Shown here piece after piece: positions 62,617-64,000 of a stretch of 64,000 nt of DNA (position 1 is its first letter; every line of letters starts with the position of its first letter). The stretch comes from a virus. Its lineage: Duplodnaviria > Caudoviricetes. Location: the IMG/VR virus record IMGVR_UViG_3300021400_000027, positions 115,788 through 179,787 of that record. The stretch is one strand, 5' to 3'. Made by a program: the position numbers and the translations under genes. The notes under the pieces were generated by a model. The model made no database searches and was not told the origin of the DNA. It saw only the letters and a list, made by a program, of their open reading frames with translations.

Positions 62617-63075
62617 ATGAAAACATTATTTTTTGACATGGACGGTACACTTGCAGGTCTGTTTTTCGTTAAGGGCTTTAAAGATGCCCTTGCTAAAGAA
62701 GATAGCACGCCTTATGAAATTGCAAGTCCTCTTTTTAAGGCTGACGAAATGAAGAATGTGATTTCTGCACTTAAGGCTGACGGCTGGAAAATTGGTATTA
62801 TCTCTTATACTGGTACTGATTGTTCTGCTGAATTTATCAGAAAGACTGTAGAAGTAAAAAAAGCATGGCTTGCAAAATATTTCCCCTATGCTGACGAAAT
62901 CCACATAGTAAAGCCGGAAATTAGCAAGACTGAATTTGCAAATTCTGCTGATGATATTCTTGTAGATGATTCTACTAAAAATCGCACAGAATGGGAACAA
63001 ACTGGACGGACTGCAATAAATGCCTATTTTCGGGCAAAAATTCCTATGATTGATGCACTGAAAGCCCTCTTATAA
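62617..63075 (+). CDS. HAD-superfamily phosphatase, paralog of 45396 ORF
   Basis: FDMDGTL, ISY, KKAWL, LVDD. Confidence 0.75.
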   Translation: MKTLFFDMDGTLAGLFFVKGFKDALAKEDSTPYEIASPLFKADEMKNVISALKADGWKIGIISYTGTDCSAEFIRKTVEVKKAWLAKYFPYADEIHIVKPEISKTEFANSADDILVDDSTKNRTEWEQTGRTAINAYFRAKIPMIDALKALL

Positions 63076-63294
63076 GAGGGCGTGCAATCTGCACAAATTA
63101 AGTTGTTGAATTTGTGCAGATTGCACAAACTTAAAAAAATTTTAAAAAAGCCCTTGACAAACGCTTGAAAATGTGCTATAATAAATACATAAGGTAAAGG
63201 AAAACACGACATGACAAAATAAAAGGTGACAACAAAAGAAGTCCAGACGAATTGAGAAAAGAAAATAAACTTGAAGGGTAAAAGGTGAAAACTT

Positions 63295-63558
63295 ATGGAA
63301 ATCTATCTTGAAATCGTGAATGCTCTTGCTACAATTCCGGAAACGAACGTTATTGCATTCGATACTTTTGGAAATCCTCTTGCTATTGCTGAAATCGAAC
63401 CGCTGACCGAAAACGCTGTTTCAAGAGTCGTTACTTTTTTGACCGCTGTCCGCTCTGAATACGGCTTGAAGATGGAATTCATCAGAACGGTCAATGGAGT
63501 GCAGTTCTGGAATCTGATTGTAGAAAATAGAGTTATTCAGTTTGTGTTTAGCGATTAA
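63295..63558 (+). CDS. hypothetical cassette protein
   Basis: 87-aa ORF, promoter upstream. Confidence 0.65.
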   Translation: MEIYLEIVNALATIPETNVIAFDTFGNPLAIAEIEPLTENAVSRVVTFLTAVRSEYGLKMEFIRTVNGVQFWNLIVENRVIQFVFSD

Positions 63559-64000
63559 GCTAAACACAAACGCAAAAAAAATAAAAAAAATTTTCAAAAA
63601 GTACTTGACAAAATCAGCAAAATGTGATATAATAAGAACATAGGGAAAAGCCCTAAATCAATGAAAGAATGGTGAATGATATGTTTGAAATCAAAGTAAA
63701 GTTTAGAAACGGTATGGAATTAAGCTGGAGTGCTAAAAGTTGGGACGTTGCCTGCGAACTGCATACGGCATTAAAGAAGAAATTCAAGAATGCTAAAAGC
63801 GTAAAAATTTGGAAACTGAACTGACATAAACAGCGGTGAACCCGCTGTTTTCAGCGGTTCAATTCCTACTAAATCTATAGAAATAGTAGGAATTGACCCG
63901 CCCGAATCTGCAGAAAAGTGTATGTGCTGGACAAACAAATGTGCGTGCTGGACGGACAGACAGCAGCGCCGTTCTGTCCGCACCTGATAAACAGCTGTCC

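Overview
AT-rich, gene-dense segment of what looks like a large lytic phage of a Firmicute (a dockerin-like motif and a Thr-rich linker protein hint at a Ruminococcus-type host). No structural genes are present. (1) 3.3-11.6 kb is an RNA island: 25 of the window's 27 canonical tRNAs, including an amber-suppressor tRNA(CUA) with a Gln-type acceptor stem, are interleaved with 13 copies of a covarying 'clamp' RNA (closing stem + CAGCA motif). Four clamps enclose circularly permuted tRNAs (Lys, Pro, Tyr, Asn); others enclose single tRNA arms. The family flanks a Ro60/TROVE-like DUF2828-vWA gene. (2) 11.6-36 kb holds RNA-repair genes (Rnl1- and Rnl2-type ligases, Thg1-like protein), tmRNA, a tRNA-bracketed structured RNA candidate, a vWA/PurA-like module and four beta-helix paralogs. 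(3) About 36-39.6 kb is an origin-like zone with 22-bp iterons and genes that are open only if TAG is read as sense (probably Gln, code 15). (4) 39.6-64 kb is an array of about 30 promoter-gene-terminator cassettes in both orientations, delimited by a GCCCGGG(C) palindrome found 34 times between 39.6 and 59.8 kb. All calls were made by eye; no database searches or folding programs were run.
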